From positions 1,111,005 to 1,175,004 of the forward strand of contig JAQTSV010000001.1 of the NCBI GenBank assembly GCA_028711115.1: a stretch of 64,000 bases of DNA. The letters are read 5' to 3'. Below are positions 46,716 to 56,251 of this stretch, piece after piece. This DNA comes from Candidatus Omnitrophota bacterium (GTDB taxonomy: Bacteria; Omnitrophota; Gorgyraeia; Velamenicoccales; JABMQK01). A model generated the notes under the pieces. It was not told where the DNA came from and ran no database searches. It was given only the letters and a program-made list of their open reading frames with translations. Every line of letters begins with the position of its first letter. Position 1 is the stretch's first letter. The translations under genes were made by a program, and so were the position numbers.

Positions 46716-47747
46716 CTATTTATTATCTTCCCCCTCCGGCTTATTACCAATCTGCTCAATAGAAGGCCTATGACATCGTTTGCAACATGGAATAGATAAT
46801 CTTTTCTTACTCAACTGTGTTTGGCGATATCGCTCCATCGCTTTACCCAGCCAAACTTCTTTTATGGCTTGCTTTCTTAAATCCCCTATCTTTGTATACA
46901 AATTCCAATCTGAAATGCATTGAGGAATTTCTCCATTCCAAGTGATAGTGATACGTTGCCAAGGATACTGACATATAAAATCTTTGTCCTGCGGGACTTC
47001 CCTTAAAGAATAGTCATTTTCAGGATCGAAATTTATTTTATCTGTAAAATCTTTAAAGTAATCATAAAATGCCTTGGGATTCTCCTTAATGTATGACCAT
47101 AGCGCTTGGATCTTTAATAAAGGTAATCCTTTTCCAATACTATTCTTCAAACTATAAAAATTTTTAAGTTTTTCGGTAATTTCCTTAAAAGTTATAGGCT
47201 TTCTAAGCCTGTTATAATATTTTTCGAACCCATCAACCGAGACTGTTATATAATCTAGTCCTGCCTTAATTAATCCTTCTGCCAGTTTACCTTTCAGCAG
47301 TAAACCGTTTGTAATAAAAGACACCTCTTTGATCCCTTTATTTTTAGCATATTCTACCATTTTAATTAAATATGGATTAAGAGTGGATTCTCCTCTCCAG
47401 CTCAAACGTATCGAATATAAATTATTCTTAACGCATTCATCAATCCCTTTTTTATACAATTTGAAATCCATGTCACCATAATTTTTTTTATCAATATATG
47501 GCCTAAAACACATGGGGCATTTCAGATTGCAACGAAAACTGGCTTCAAAATCCACATGAAGAGGAAAAGAAGCAACGTAGTGCCATTTAGGATAATTAAA
47601 CCATTGGAACCGGTTAACACAATAATCTTTAAAATACCACCGACGTTCTTCCCATAAACGTTCACGCTCAGAAGAATCAAGGGAAAATTGATGATGATTT
47701 ATTCTCATCTCTTTTTGCTCAAGAGTTAAATTCATGATATTCGCCAC
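46716..47747 (-). CDS. Radical SAM/SPASM-domain protein.
   Basis: CNLKCPMCFRP radical SAM motif. C-terminal CQYPWQRITITWNGEIPQCISDW...CCKRCHRP Cys cluster. Confidence 0.8.
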   Translation of the reverse strand: MANIMNLTLEQKEMRINHHQFSLDSSERERLWEERRWYFKDYCVNRFQWFNYPKWHYVASFPLHVDFEASFRCNLKCPMCFRPYIDKKNYGDMDFKLYKKGIDECVKNNLYSIRLSWRGESTLNPYLIKMVEYAKNKGIKEVSFITNGLLLKGKLAEGLIKAGLDYITVSVDGFEKYYNRLRKPITFKEITEKLKNFYSLKNSIGKGLPLLKIQALWSYIKENPKAFYDYFKDFTDKINFDPENDYSLREVPQDKDFICQYPWQRITITWNGEIPQCISDWNLYTKIGDLRKQAIKEVWLGKAMERYRQTQLSKKRLSIPCCKRCHRPSIEQIGNKPEGEDNK

Positions 47748-47753
47748 CTTTTT

Positions 47754-48464
47754 TTAATTTGTTAGTACTGTAATTAATTCCTGAAAGGAAAAGTTAAATG
47801 GTAACTTTTTCTCTTTAAAGAAACGACGAGCCTGCTCTAAATCTTGAGGAGTATCAATAGAAAGCTTAAAGCGAGAATAATCAAACTCTAAATCATGATT
47901 ATAGTAACGAATTTTGTATTGAGAATCTCGGTTCAAAAAATAGTAATTAATATGTTCCCGTTCCTTTTGGTCAGTAGAATTTTTCGCTGCTTCTTCTAAA
48001 ATTCTCCGGCTAAAAATCTCTACATCCAAACCTTCTGGGAAATTGGTATATTGCCTATTGCTCAGATAATCTATTTCTTCCTGATTGTTCAAGTAATACT
48101 TTATCATTGCATCAATAATTTCAGGAATAACCAAAGGAGAATCAGATGTTATGCGGATGATTATACCTACATCAAAATATGCGCACGTACGGCAAAATCG
48201 ATCAAGACAATCTTCTTCGCTTCCGCGGTAGAATAGATAATTATATCTTTTTAACCATTCTTCCAGTATGTCATCTTTAGGATTAGTTGTGGTGGCGACA
48301 ATAATTTTATCTACACACCTGCATTTTGATAAACGTTTAAGAAGGTAACTTAAAACAGTTTCGCCAACCATTAACTCTTCTAATATTTTACCGGGAAAGC
48401 GGGTAGAACCCATACGAGCCTGAACGATAACAGCTATATTATTTTTAGTATCGTTTAAAGACAT
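47754..48464 (-). CDS. Acylneuraminate-type cytidylyltransferase (CTP_transf_3; NeuA/PseF/SpsF-like).
   Basis: IAVIVQARMGSTRFPGKIL N-terminal motif. Confidence 0.75.
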   Translation of the reverse strand: MSLNDTKNNIAVIVQARMGSTRFPGKILEELMVGETVLSYLLKRLSKCRCVDKIIVATTTNPKDDILEEWLKRYNYLFYRGSEEDCLDRFCRTCAYFDVGIIIRITSDSPLVIPEIIDAMIKYYLNNQEEIDYLSNRQYTNFPEGLDVEIFSRRILEEAAKNSTDQKEREHINYYFLNRDSQYKIRYYNHDLEFDYSRFKLSIDTPQDLEQARRFFKEKKLPFNFSFQELITVLTN

Positions 48465-49740
48465 CCACCGCTAATTTGCCCTGCAATAAAGATGGCAAAT
48501 CTCCTCTGTCTAATGCCTGCCGAATAATACTAAAAACCTGGGAAGCGATACCAATCGTGTAGTCAACATCTTTTTTTGTATGTGAGAAAGATACAAAATG
48601 CCCGTATCCCAGGAATACACCATTGAGTAAACATTCTTGCCTAAAAAGCGTCTCTATCATTTTACCCGAAACGCCTCTCATATCCTTAAAGACCAGGAAG
48701 GTTTTATGAGGTAAGCCTTCACACTTTGCATCAATTTTATATCTTGCAATAGCTTCATTTAATCCATTTTTTAACCGTTGTCCAAGAGCCAAGATGTAAT
48801 CGTTAACTTTCCTTTTTCTTAAAATTTCTATTGTTTTAATAGAGGCTGTTATAGATAACAAATCCCCGCCAAATGTAGAGGAAATAAAAACCTTGTTTTC
48901 AACAGCATTCATAATTTCTTTTTTGCCAACAAGAACAGATATAGGATAGCCATTAGCCATCGCTTTGCCAAAAACACTGAGGTCAGGCATAACAGAAAAA
49001 TATGATTGAGCACCCCCCAAGCTTAATCTAAAACCTGTAATAACCTCATCAAATATAAGTAACGCTTGGTTTTTTCTAGCCAGCTTGGCTATTTTGCTGA
49101 GGAAATTATCCTTTGGCGCATACATACCCACTGGTTCTAAAATTACGGCTGCAACTTTACCTTTATTTTGGCTGAAAATTCTCTCCAATGAATTCAAATC
49201 ATTATATTTAAATTCAAAAATTAACTTTTTTAAAGCAGCGGGGATGCCGGCATCCCTAACTGTTCTCGTAATTGTCCAATCGTGCCACCCATGATATCCA
49301 CAAACCGCCACTATCTCTCTACCTGTATAAGCACGCGCCACCCTCACAGCAGCAGACATTGCTTCTGAACCCGTCTTCAAAATCTTAACCTTTTCTGCTG
49401 AAGGGATAATATCGCATAATATTTCAGAAAGTTCTAGCTCTAGCCTATTTGATAAACTGTATAAAAACCCCCTGGACATCTGTCTTTTGACAGCAGAATC
49501 AACTTCATCATACGCATAGCCCAATATTATGGGACCCAATGCTAAAGGATAGTCAATATAGCGATTGCCATCACAATCCCAAAAGTAAGCCCCTTTTGCT
49601 CTCTCTGCAAAAATAGGACATGCCCCTAGTGTAATATATAGAGGAGATTTAGAAAAAGTCGAAACTCCATTTAAAAGTAGAGAATTTGCTTTTTCCCATA
49701 ATATATGCGATTGTTTATATCTCCTGTTATTAATAGTCAT
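48445..49740 (-). CDS. Class III aminotransferase (glutamate-1-semialdehyde aminomutase-like).
   Basis: 431 aa. PLP fold with the conserved lysine region (FGKAMANGYP). Confidence 0.8.
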   Translation of the reverse strand: MTINNRRYKQSHILWEKANSLLLNGVSTFSKSPLYITLGACPIFAERAKGAYFWDCDGNRYIDYPLALGPIILGYAYDEVDSAVKRQMSRGFLYSLSNRLELELSEILCDIIPSAEKVKILKTGSEAMSAAVRVARAYTGREIVAVCGYHGWHDWTITRTVRDAGIPAALKKLIFEFKYNDLNSLERIFSQNKGKVAAVILEPVGMYAPKDNFLSKIAKLARKNQALLIFDEVITGFRLSLGGAQSYFSVMPDLSVFGKAMANGYPISVLVGKKEIMNAVENKVFISSTFGGDLLSITASIKTIEILRKRKVNDYILALGQRLKNGLNEAIARYKIDAKCEGLPHKTFLVFKDMRGVSGKMIETLFRQECLLNGVFLGYGHFVSFSHTKKDVDYTIGIASQVFSIIRQALDRGDLPSLLQGKLAVDVFKRY

Positions 49741-49747
49741 TATAAAC

Positions 49748-50752
49748 CTATAGATAAAATTCTTTTCTTTGCAAAAGCCAATCAGTTAAATCGCCAAAAG
49801 GAACCCAGGCTACGCAATTTTTGCAGGGGGGACACTTGTCATATTTCTGTTCTAGATGGGATCTGCGGGTCTCTTTTACTTCATGAGAATTCCATATTTG
49901 ATGGAGTGTCTGCTTATTAACATCGCCTACTTTTGTCTCGGTATTCCAATCCACTGTACAAAAAGTAACTTCTCCATTCCAATTTACTGCCAAGGCATAC
50001 CACATTATCGCACAAGGATATCTCATCGAAGATGTTTCATCGCTTATCTTAAGACTTTCTATCGCCCCACACCAATTATGAATACCTGTAACCTGAACCA
50101 TATCAGCCGTATCTTTCCATTTATCAATAAATTCTTCAATTTCTTCCTTCGAAATTCCCTCAAACTCCATAATCTTTACTCGAAGAAAAGGTTGCTTTAA
50201 AGCTAGCTTAGCGCGTCTTTTAAAAAAATTTAAAACTTGTTTCTCAACTCTTTCTAAAAGATCTGCTCCCTTGTGTTTTTTATATGTTTCTGGCCTTGCA
50301 GCATCAAGACTAACAGTGATATCATCAATGCCGGAATCCAGTAATTCATCAATAGTATCATTAGTCCAACAAAGAGCATTGGTATTGACATGTATCGTCT
50401 TAGCGACTTGCATCTTCTTTGCATATCGAATCATATCCATAAACCGCGGATGTAAGAATGGTTCTCCATCTTTATGCAAATTTAGCATAATCAACTTATT
50501 ATAATGAGAGGCTTCATCAATAATGCGTGTATATAAATTCCAATCGATAAATCCTACTTTTTTATTTGCTCTCTCTCTGGGGCAATAGAAACATTTAAGA
50601 TTACAGGCATTGGTAGGTTCGATGTTTAGAATATTGGGGAAATCTGTGTTGACAACTCGTTTTATTGTAGAAGGCCTAAGACAAGTCAGAGTACCTTTTA
50701 TATAATCTTCATTCAAAAGTTGATAATAGTTATTTGTCGGGCCTCTACCCAT
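49748..50752 (-). CDS. Radical SAM/SPASM-domain protein, paralog of 46716-47747.
   Basis: CNLKCFYCPRE motif. C-terminal CAIMWYALAVNWNGEVTFCTVDWN...CPPCKNC. Confidence 0.8.
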   Translation of the reverse strand: MGRGPTNNYYQLLNEDYIKGTLTCLRPSTIKRVVNTDFPNILNIEPTNACNLKCFYCPRERANKKVGFIDWNLYTRIIDEASHYNKLIMLNLHKDGEPFLHPRFMDMIRYAKKMQVAKTIHVNTNALCWTNDTIDELLDSGIDDITVSLDAARPETYKKHKGADLLERVEKQVLNFFKRRAKLALKQPFLRVKIMEFEGISKEEIEEFIDKWKDTADMVQVTGIHNWCGAIESLKISDETSSMRYPCAIMWYALAVNWNGEVTFCTVDWNTETKVGDVNKQTLHQIWNSHEVKETRRSHLEQKYDKCPPCKNCVAWVPFGDLTDWLLQRKEFYL

Positions 50753-50754
50753 CT

Positions 50755-52464
50755 TTATCTTGCAGGCTGTTTAGACTTTACAACACGATAATTGCCGATA
50801 TAAAGTTCGTGTATACCTGTACCAAAGAAAGTGCGGATAGCATCATTTGGAGTGCAAACAATAGGTTCGTCGTTATCGTTAAAAGAAGTATTCAAAATCA
50901 AGGCGACACCTGTAATTTTACGAAATTCGTCTATTAACTTCCAGTAGCGATGGTTGATATCTTTATTAACAGTCTGCAATCTCGCTGTGCCATCCTTATG
51001 TACAACAGCTGGTATTATTGCCCGCTTCTCCTCCCTTACAGGATATACCATTTGCATAAAAGAACTGGGAAATTCTGTTGTAAAATAATCCTTTTGGAAC
51101 TCTTCCATAACAGAAGGTGCAAAAGGACGATACCACTCACGGTGTTTTATTAATCGGTTAATTTTCTCTTTCATACCTGGATCACGCGCATCAGCTAAAA
51201 TTGAACGGTTTCCTAAAGCACGTTGTCCAAATTCCATCCTACCCTGAAACCAAGCGATAACTTTATTTTCTGATATCGACTTTGCAGCCTCTTTTTCTGG
51301 ATTTTCTAAACATTCATAAAAGACAAGCGAATCGTCAAGGGCTTCTTTTATTTCTGTGTCCGAAAAACCTGGCCCCCAATAATCGTGTTCCATAACAAAA
51401 CTACGCTTATTACGTAAAATCTGATTCCAATAATAGAAACAAGCACCTAATGAACAACCGGCGTCATCTGCGCTTGGCTGTACCCAAACTTTGGTAAAAG
51501 GCGTTTCCGAAAGAATGCGGCCATTCATCTTACTATTCATTGCCACACCGCCAGCTAAACACAAAGTATTAAGCTTAGTCTTTTCTGCAAGATAAACACA
51601 CATATCTAAGGCAATGTCTTCGACTCGCTTCTGGAAACTGGCAGCGATATTAATATGCCTTTTCGTTAGTTCTTCATTCGGGTAACGCTCCGAACCAAAG
51701 GTCTCAATAAATTTGTCGGAATAACGTCGGGGACTCCAGATATAATAAGTGAAAAAATCTAAATCAAAACGCAATTCCCCCTTCTTCTTGTCAAAATTAA
51801 TTATCTTGGCAAACTGATCATAATATTCTGGTTCTCCATAAGCAGCCAATCCCATAATTTTCCATTCATCGCTATTGGTCCGATATCCTAAGTACTGGGT
51901 AATAGCCGCATAAACTTGTCCCATTGAATGTGGAAACATGGTCTTTCCTACAGAATCCAAATTATTCCCTTCTCCTATAAAAAATTGATGGGTAATATCG
52001 TCACCATAGGCATCTATTGTAAAAACAGCTGCTTTCTCATAAGGAGATACAAAAAATGCGCTGGCTGCATGCGAATAATGATGAGGAATAAAATGTATAT
52101 TCAATTCACCTTTAAGAAATTCTATCCGTTCGTCAATCCGCGTAATTCGTTTATTACTTTTATCCCCACCTATATGACGGAGAAGATTATTGGGGATATA
52201 ATGAAGAAAATGTTTGTGGTAGCGCACTGCTGCCATTGTATCCTGTGGCTCAATCTCATGCCCGGGATTCCATGCAAAAACGATATGTTCTATATCCTTT
52301 AATGTCACACCGGCGACACCCAAACAATAATCCACAGCTTCCATAGGATATGAGTCAGAAAACTTAACTCTGTTAAATCTCTCTTCTCTCGCAGCAGCTA
52401 TTAATTTGCCTTCTTTAATAATAGCGGCTGCTGAAGTGGAATCATTCAATCCTAATATATACAT
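50755..52464 (-). CDS. Carbamoyltransferase (NodU/CmcH family).
   Basis: MYILGLNDSTSAAAIIKEGKLIAAAREERFNR N-terminal ASKHA fold, plus the C-terminal carbamoyltransferase domain. Confidence 0.85.
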   Translation of the reverse strand: MYILGLNDSTSAAAIIKEGKLIAAAREERFNRVKFSDSYPMEAVDYCLGVAGVTLKDIEHIVFAWNPGHEIEPQDTMAAVRYHKHFLHYIPNNLLRHIGGDKSNKRITRIDERIEFLKGELNIHFIPHHYSHAASAFFVSPYEKAAVFTIDAYGDDITHQFFIGEGNNLDSVGKTMFPHSMGQVYAAITQYLGYRTNSDEWKIMGLAAYGEPEYYDQFAKIINFDKKKGELRFDLDFFTYYIWSPRRYSDKFIETFGSERYPNEELTKRHINIAASFQKRVEDIALDMCVYLAEKTKLNTLCLAGGVAMNSKMNGRILSETPFTKVWVQPSADDAGCSLGACFYYWNQILRNKRSFVMEHDYWGPGFSDTEIKEALDDSLVFYECLENPEKEAAKSISENKVIAWFQGRMEFGQRALGNRSILADARDPGMKEKINRLIKHREWYRPFAPSVMEEFQKDYFTTEFPSSFMQMVYPVREEKRAIIPAVVHKDGTARLQTVNKDINHRYWKLIDEFRKITGVALILNTSFNDNDEPIVCTPNDAIRTFFGTGIHELYIGNYRVVKSKQPAR

Positions 52465-52485
52465 ACGGTTATCGACCTCTCTTTT

Positions 52486-53205
52486 TTATGTTTTATTCAT
52501 CAATATTTTAAGACTATTTTTGCCGTGATTAAATAATAAATCCAGTGTAGACATATTTGGTACAAACCCCTCGCATAATTGACTATAAGCAGGCGATTTA
52601 TAATCCATCCATTGAATTTTAATATTGTTATCTTTAAAATCTTTTAAGTTAAGATAATTTCTCCCTGATATACCGCAGAGATAGACCTTAGCTTTATTTA
52701 AAATGCATAACTGTAAGATAAGATCTGAGCCTTTATAACTATCGACATCAAATTCAGAAGAATAAACCATTGGAGTAGATATTCCGATATGTCTTCTGAA
52801 ATAACTGATTATTGCCACGTTCAATTCTAACAAATAATTATATTCTTTTACATTAATCAACGAATACAGATCTTCATAATATTCTTTAAAATAGGCAGCC
52901 TTACTATAAAAATGCTGTATTTTCTTTAATAATTTATCTTTCCATCGTTGTGTATTATCTATTTCCACATCACAAATGCTTTGCGTATATCTTCCTTTTG
53001 TTTTTACAGGAACGCTAATATAAGAAATTTCTTTTTTTGGAGAAACGATCCGATTCCGATTTTCAAAATATCTTTTTTTGAATTGTACATGATCAAAAAC
53101 AACGTATTTGTCCGCTAATGCCATTTTATAAAAAAATCCTAGCCAGGGCAGAAATTCAGGTTGATGAATCGCAACTTGCATAAAAAATATTATTATTACT
53201 TCCAA
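52486..53205 (-). CDS. WbqC-family protein.
   Basis: MQVAIHQPEFLPWLGFFYKM signature. The true start may be the internal Met at ~53178. Confidence 0.7.
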   Translation of the reverse strand: MEVIIIFFMQVAIHQPEFLPWLGFFYKMALADKYVVFDHVQFKKRYFENRNRIVSPKKEISYISVPVKTKGRYTQSICDVEIDNTQRWKDKLLKKIQHFYSKAAYFKEYYEDLYSLINVKEYNYLLELNVAIISYFRRHIGISTPMVYSSEFDVDSYKGSDLILQLCILNKAKVYLCGISGRNYLNLKDFKDNNIKIQWMDYKSPAYSQLCEGFVPNMSTLDLLFNHGKNSLKILMNKT

Positions 53206-53825
53206 AACATTTTTGCAATACGAAATGTTTCTGCATAGGAAACATTTACCTTGGCACCGTCGGAACTATTTTGTTTCTTTACAAAGTCTATCCATGAATA
53301 ATTCACATTTTTCATCTCGGATTCAAATAACCTAAGAAGCTCTACCTTCTTATCTATATACTCAGAAATATTCACGTAATAATTATCTTCTTGTGAATTA
53401 CCCATAATATACCAATTGCTACGGTATAATAAAACCTCGTCACATTTGCGGCATGCACGCATAGATACATATCCGACGACGGCATGATCAGCATGAAAAT
53501 CATTGGGTTGATGAGTATATACACGGTCGGGATTAATCCGACTTACTATCTCTTCTATTTCTAAAACGAGTTTTTCTGTTGCAACAAGAGTAATTGGCTC
53601 TTTATCACAACAAATCAATTTTGCCCCAAGAAATTTAGCGCTTTTTTCACCTTCGCTCTTGGCTTCTTCCGCTTTTCTATAAAGCCCTTTTGTGGCGCTC
53701 GTGTATCCTGAATTTGTAACAACAATAATATAAATCTCATCTCCCTTATCTCTATGTTTAAGGAGACTCCCTCCGCAACCTAATTCTACGTCATCAAAAT
53801 GAGCACCTATTGCTAAAATTTTCAT
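53196..53825 (-). CDS. PIG-L/LmbE-family N-acetylglucosaminyl deacetylase.
   Basis: KILAIGAHFDDVELGCGGSLLKH motif. Confidence 0.8.
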   Translation of the reverse strand: MKILAIGAHFDDVELGCGGSLLKHRDKGDEIYIIVVTNSGYTSATKGLYRKAEEAKSEGEKSAKFLGAKLICCDKEPITLVATEKLVLEIEEIVSRINPDRVYTHQPNDFHADHAVVGYVSMRACRKCDEVLLYRSNWYIMGNSQEDNYYVNISEYIDKKVELLRLFESEMKNVNYSWIDFVKKQNSSDGAKVNVSYAETFRIAKMFWK

Positions 53826-54183
53826 ATTATCCTCGCAATTTTAAACACAATTGTAAACCCGTTCCCCGCTCTAAAGGGCGGGGTTTCAGACTCCTGACAT
53901 AATCTAGCTACTTTTGTTCTTCGATGTATTTTCTGATAGCTTTCTTATCAATTTGCCCAGCTGTTTATATCTATGTTAATTTTTAAAAATCATCTATTAT
54001 TATAAATAGCAACTAGGACAATCCTTACTTCTAACTTAATTATTTACAACACATTACACCAATTAAGGATTAACTTTCTGATGTAAGCACAAGTATTATA
54101 AATAAGTTCTACTATAACTTCAAGAAAAACTTCAATTAATGAGCAACTTATATTCTTTAATTAATGAAGAGCTGAAAGAATTA

Positions 54184-54312
54184 TTCTTTCAAATTATCTT
54201 CCGCATATTTTCTGGCATTCTTGCCTAATTGGATACGCAATTGAGGATTTTGAAACAATAAATCTATCTTCTTCCATAATTGAATCACATTTCCTGTTAC
54301 GATAATAAAACT
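54184..54312 (-). pseudogene. Remnant of the C-terminal tail of a GT4 (group 1) glycosyltransferase.
   Basis: Minus-strand translation gives ...FIIVTGNVIQLWKKIDLLFQNPQLRIQLGKNARKYAEDNLKE*, the typical GT4 C-terminal helix pattern. An in-frame stop immediately upstream limits it to ~45 codons. Confidence 0.35.
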
Positions 54313-54330
54313 CAATAATATTCAAAAAAC

Positions 54331-55296
54331 TTAACTAAAACTATTCCTGATTTCATTTTCTAAAGTACTTCTTTTAAGAATAATTCGTATAATAGACCTA
54401 AAGCCATAAACTGCCCCTCTAAGCAATCTTAAATCATAAAATCCAATCAAAACCTTCAATATAATACCGACTATAGACCATACGTAACAAATATAATTGT
54501 ATGTTGATTTTTTTACATATTTATTGAAAAAATAAAACCACCAGATAATTTGCATCTGTATATTTCTCCCACTATCATCTCTGGGGCTATTAAGCCTCTT
54601 ATGAAAAAATTTTAATCCTGAGTAAAGGAATAATTTGTATCGCGAAGAAACTACATACCCAAAAATACTATCTTCTCCGTATGAATAACCGCTATAAATT
54701 TCATCAAATTTAAACTCTTTAAGAACTTCTGTCCTAATGCATGAAGCCCCTGCCGGTATCAATTTTGATAATTGCAATAATCCATCACACTTTCTGGCCT
54801 TCCATTGAAAAATTGATTGATGATTATAAAAAGAAAAAGGGCCCAAAAAGAACATTCTCGCCAAAAGGAAATAGAACGGCGGTTTCTCATTTACAATAAA
54901 ACCGCCTAATCCACCGATTTCCCTCTTTGTATCTTTAGCAAAAATACTCAGCATATTTTTTATTGCATTATTTAGCAATATAACGTCATCATCTAATAAC
55001 AATACAAATTCCCCTGTCACATATTTTAAGGCTATATTTCTTGCCCTGGTCGCCCCATCTATTTTGGGGTCATAAACATAAATTAAGTTAATGCTATGTG
55101 GTATTACAGATTTTATTCTTTCTTCGGCATCTTTAGAACTTTGATCAACAATTATTACCTCTTTGGGTAAATAATCTTGTTCAAAAAGAGAATTTAGGCA
55201 TTCCAACAAACACTCTTCTCTGTTCTTGGTCGGTATAACAACAGATAAACTGGCTATCTCTTTCTGATGAATTGCTGACATATCATTCTCTGGCAT
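54331..55296 (-). CDS. Glycosyltransferase family 2.
   Basis: LSVVIPTKNREECL...VIIVDQSS...LLLDDDV motifs. Confidence 0.8.
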   Translation of the reverse strand: MPENDMSAIHQKEIASLSVVIPTKNREECLLECLNSLFEQDYLPKEVIIVDQSSKDAEERIKSVIPHSINLIYVYDPKIDGATRARNIALKYVTGEFVLLLDDDVILLNNAIKNMLSIFAKDTKREIGGLGGFIVNEKPPFYFLLARMFFLGPFSFYNHQSIFQWKARKCDGLLQLSKLIPAGASCIRTEVLKEFKFDEIYSGYSYGEDSIFGYVVSSRYKLFLYSGLKFFHKRLNSPRDDSGRNIQMQIIWWFYFFNKYVKKSTYNYICYVWSIVGIILKVLIGFYDLRLLRGAVYGFRSIIRIILKRSTLENEIRNSFS

Positions 55297-55309
55297 AATA
55301 TCTCTTCAT

Positions 55310-56251
55310 TTATTGTAAATGTTCTTTAGATAGCTTGACTGCCGCTAATTCGATATCGCATACCCCCCTGCAGGGAGAATGGCAGATAAAAGTTATGTTT
55401 CTTAATTTAAAATCCGGGTCTTTCAAATTGCCTAAAAGAAAACTACTCAAATCCATTTGCGAAGCTACTTTTTTGTATTCCTTGGAATTAATATACATAA
55501 AACCGCTATGGCATCTATATACGTCTGCATTGGGCTTGACTATAAAATATTTACTGCCTCCCAAGCAGCTCTTTGATTTATAATTATTATATTTTTCTCT
55601 ATCAAGGATATAATTTATCCCATGAATACTTATTTTTAAATCTTTAATTTCTCTATTCAAATCTTCATAGGCATCAACTCTAAAAAAAACTTTGAGCTTT
55701 TTCTTAAAGTAATCCTCATAATATTTAAAGTCTTTTAGATTTTCATTTGTCCCCACAAAATTAACTGTTATATTCAATTTTTGTTTCTTTAAGTAAAGCA
55801 AATTCTTGCTGAACTCGTCTAATGATGCCCTGCCTCCGTGAAAACTCGCCATCAACCTAAAATTAGCTTTTTTTGCTCTCACCAAAACATCTAAATTAGT
55901 GGAGATGTTTGATATCACCTGAGAAATGATATGTGTCTTTGCTAACCCTAGTATTAGCCTATCTAGATCTTTATATAAAAGAGGCTCGCCGCCGCTAATA
56001 GTAATGGTAGACCTAGGAAATTTATCAAATAAAACTAGCCATTCCTGATAGGGGATATTAGTTTTAAATACACTGTTGTCCTTATCTAGGTATTTTGGAT
56101 AGAGGCAATAGGAGCATTGATAGTTGCATAATAAAGTAGGGTGCAATATTATATGCGGTAAAGTGAATGGTAATTTTCTGTAGAGACTTACCAATTTAAG
56201 TTTTAAATACTCCGGGACAAGAACATTAGAAAACTGCAATAACTTATCCAT
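55310..56251 (-). CDS. Short radical SAM protein (~313 aa) with a C-terminal CxxxCxxxC cluster.
   Basis: CNYQCSYC radical SAM motif. C-terminal SCLGG...RCHSG...CHSPCRGVCD. Confidence 0.7.
   Translation of the reverse strand: MDKLLQFSNVLVPEYLKLKLVSLYRKLPFTLPHIILHPTLLCNYQCSYCLYPKYLDKDNSVFKTNIPYQEWLVLFDKFPRSTITISGGEPLLYKDLDRLILGLAKTHIISQVISNISTNLDVLVRAKKANFRLMASFHGGRASLDEFSKNLLYLKKQKLNITVNFVGTNENLKDFKYYEDYFKKKLKVFFRVDAYEDLNREIKDLKISIHGINYILDREKYNNYKSKSCLGGSKYFIVKPNADVYRCHSGFMYINSKEYKKVASQMDLSSFLLGNLKDPDFKLRNITFICHSPCRGVCDIELAAVKLSKEHLQ

Noticed and set aside
53855-53880. GC hairpin CCCCGC..GCGGGG in the gap upstream of the PIG-L gene, considered as an intrinsic terminator.
   Set aside because: On the minus strand, which is the transcribed strand here, it is not followed by a U-run. 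It is only T-followed on the plus strand, where nothing is transcribed. It may be a weak structural element. Not called.
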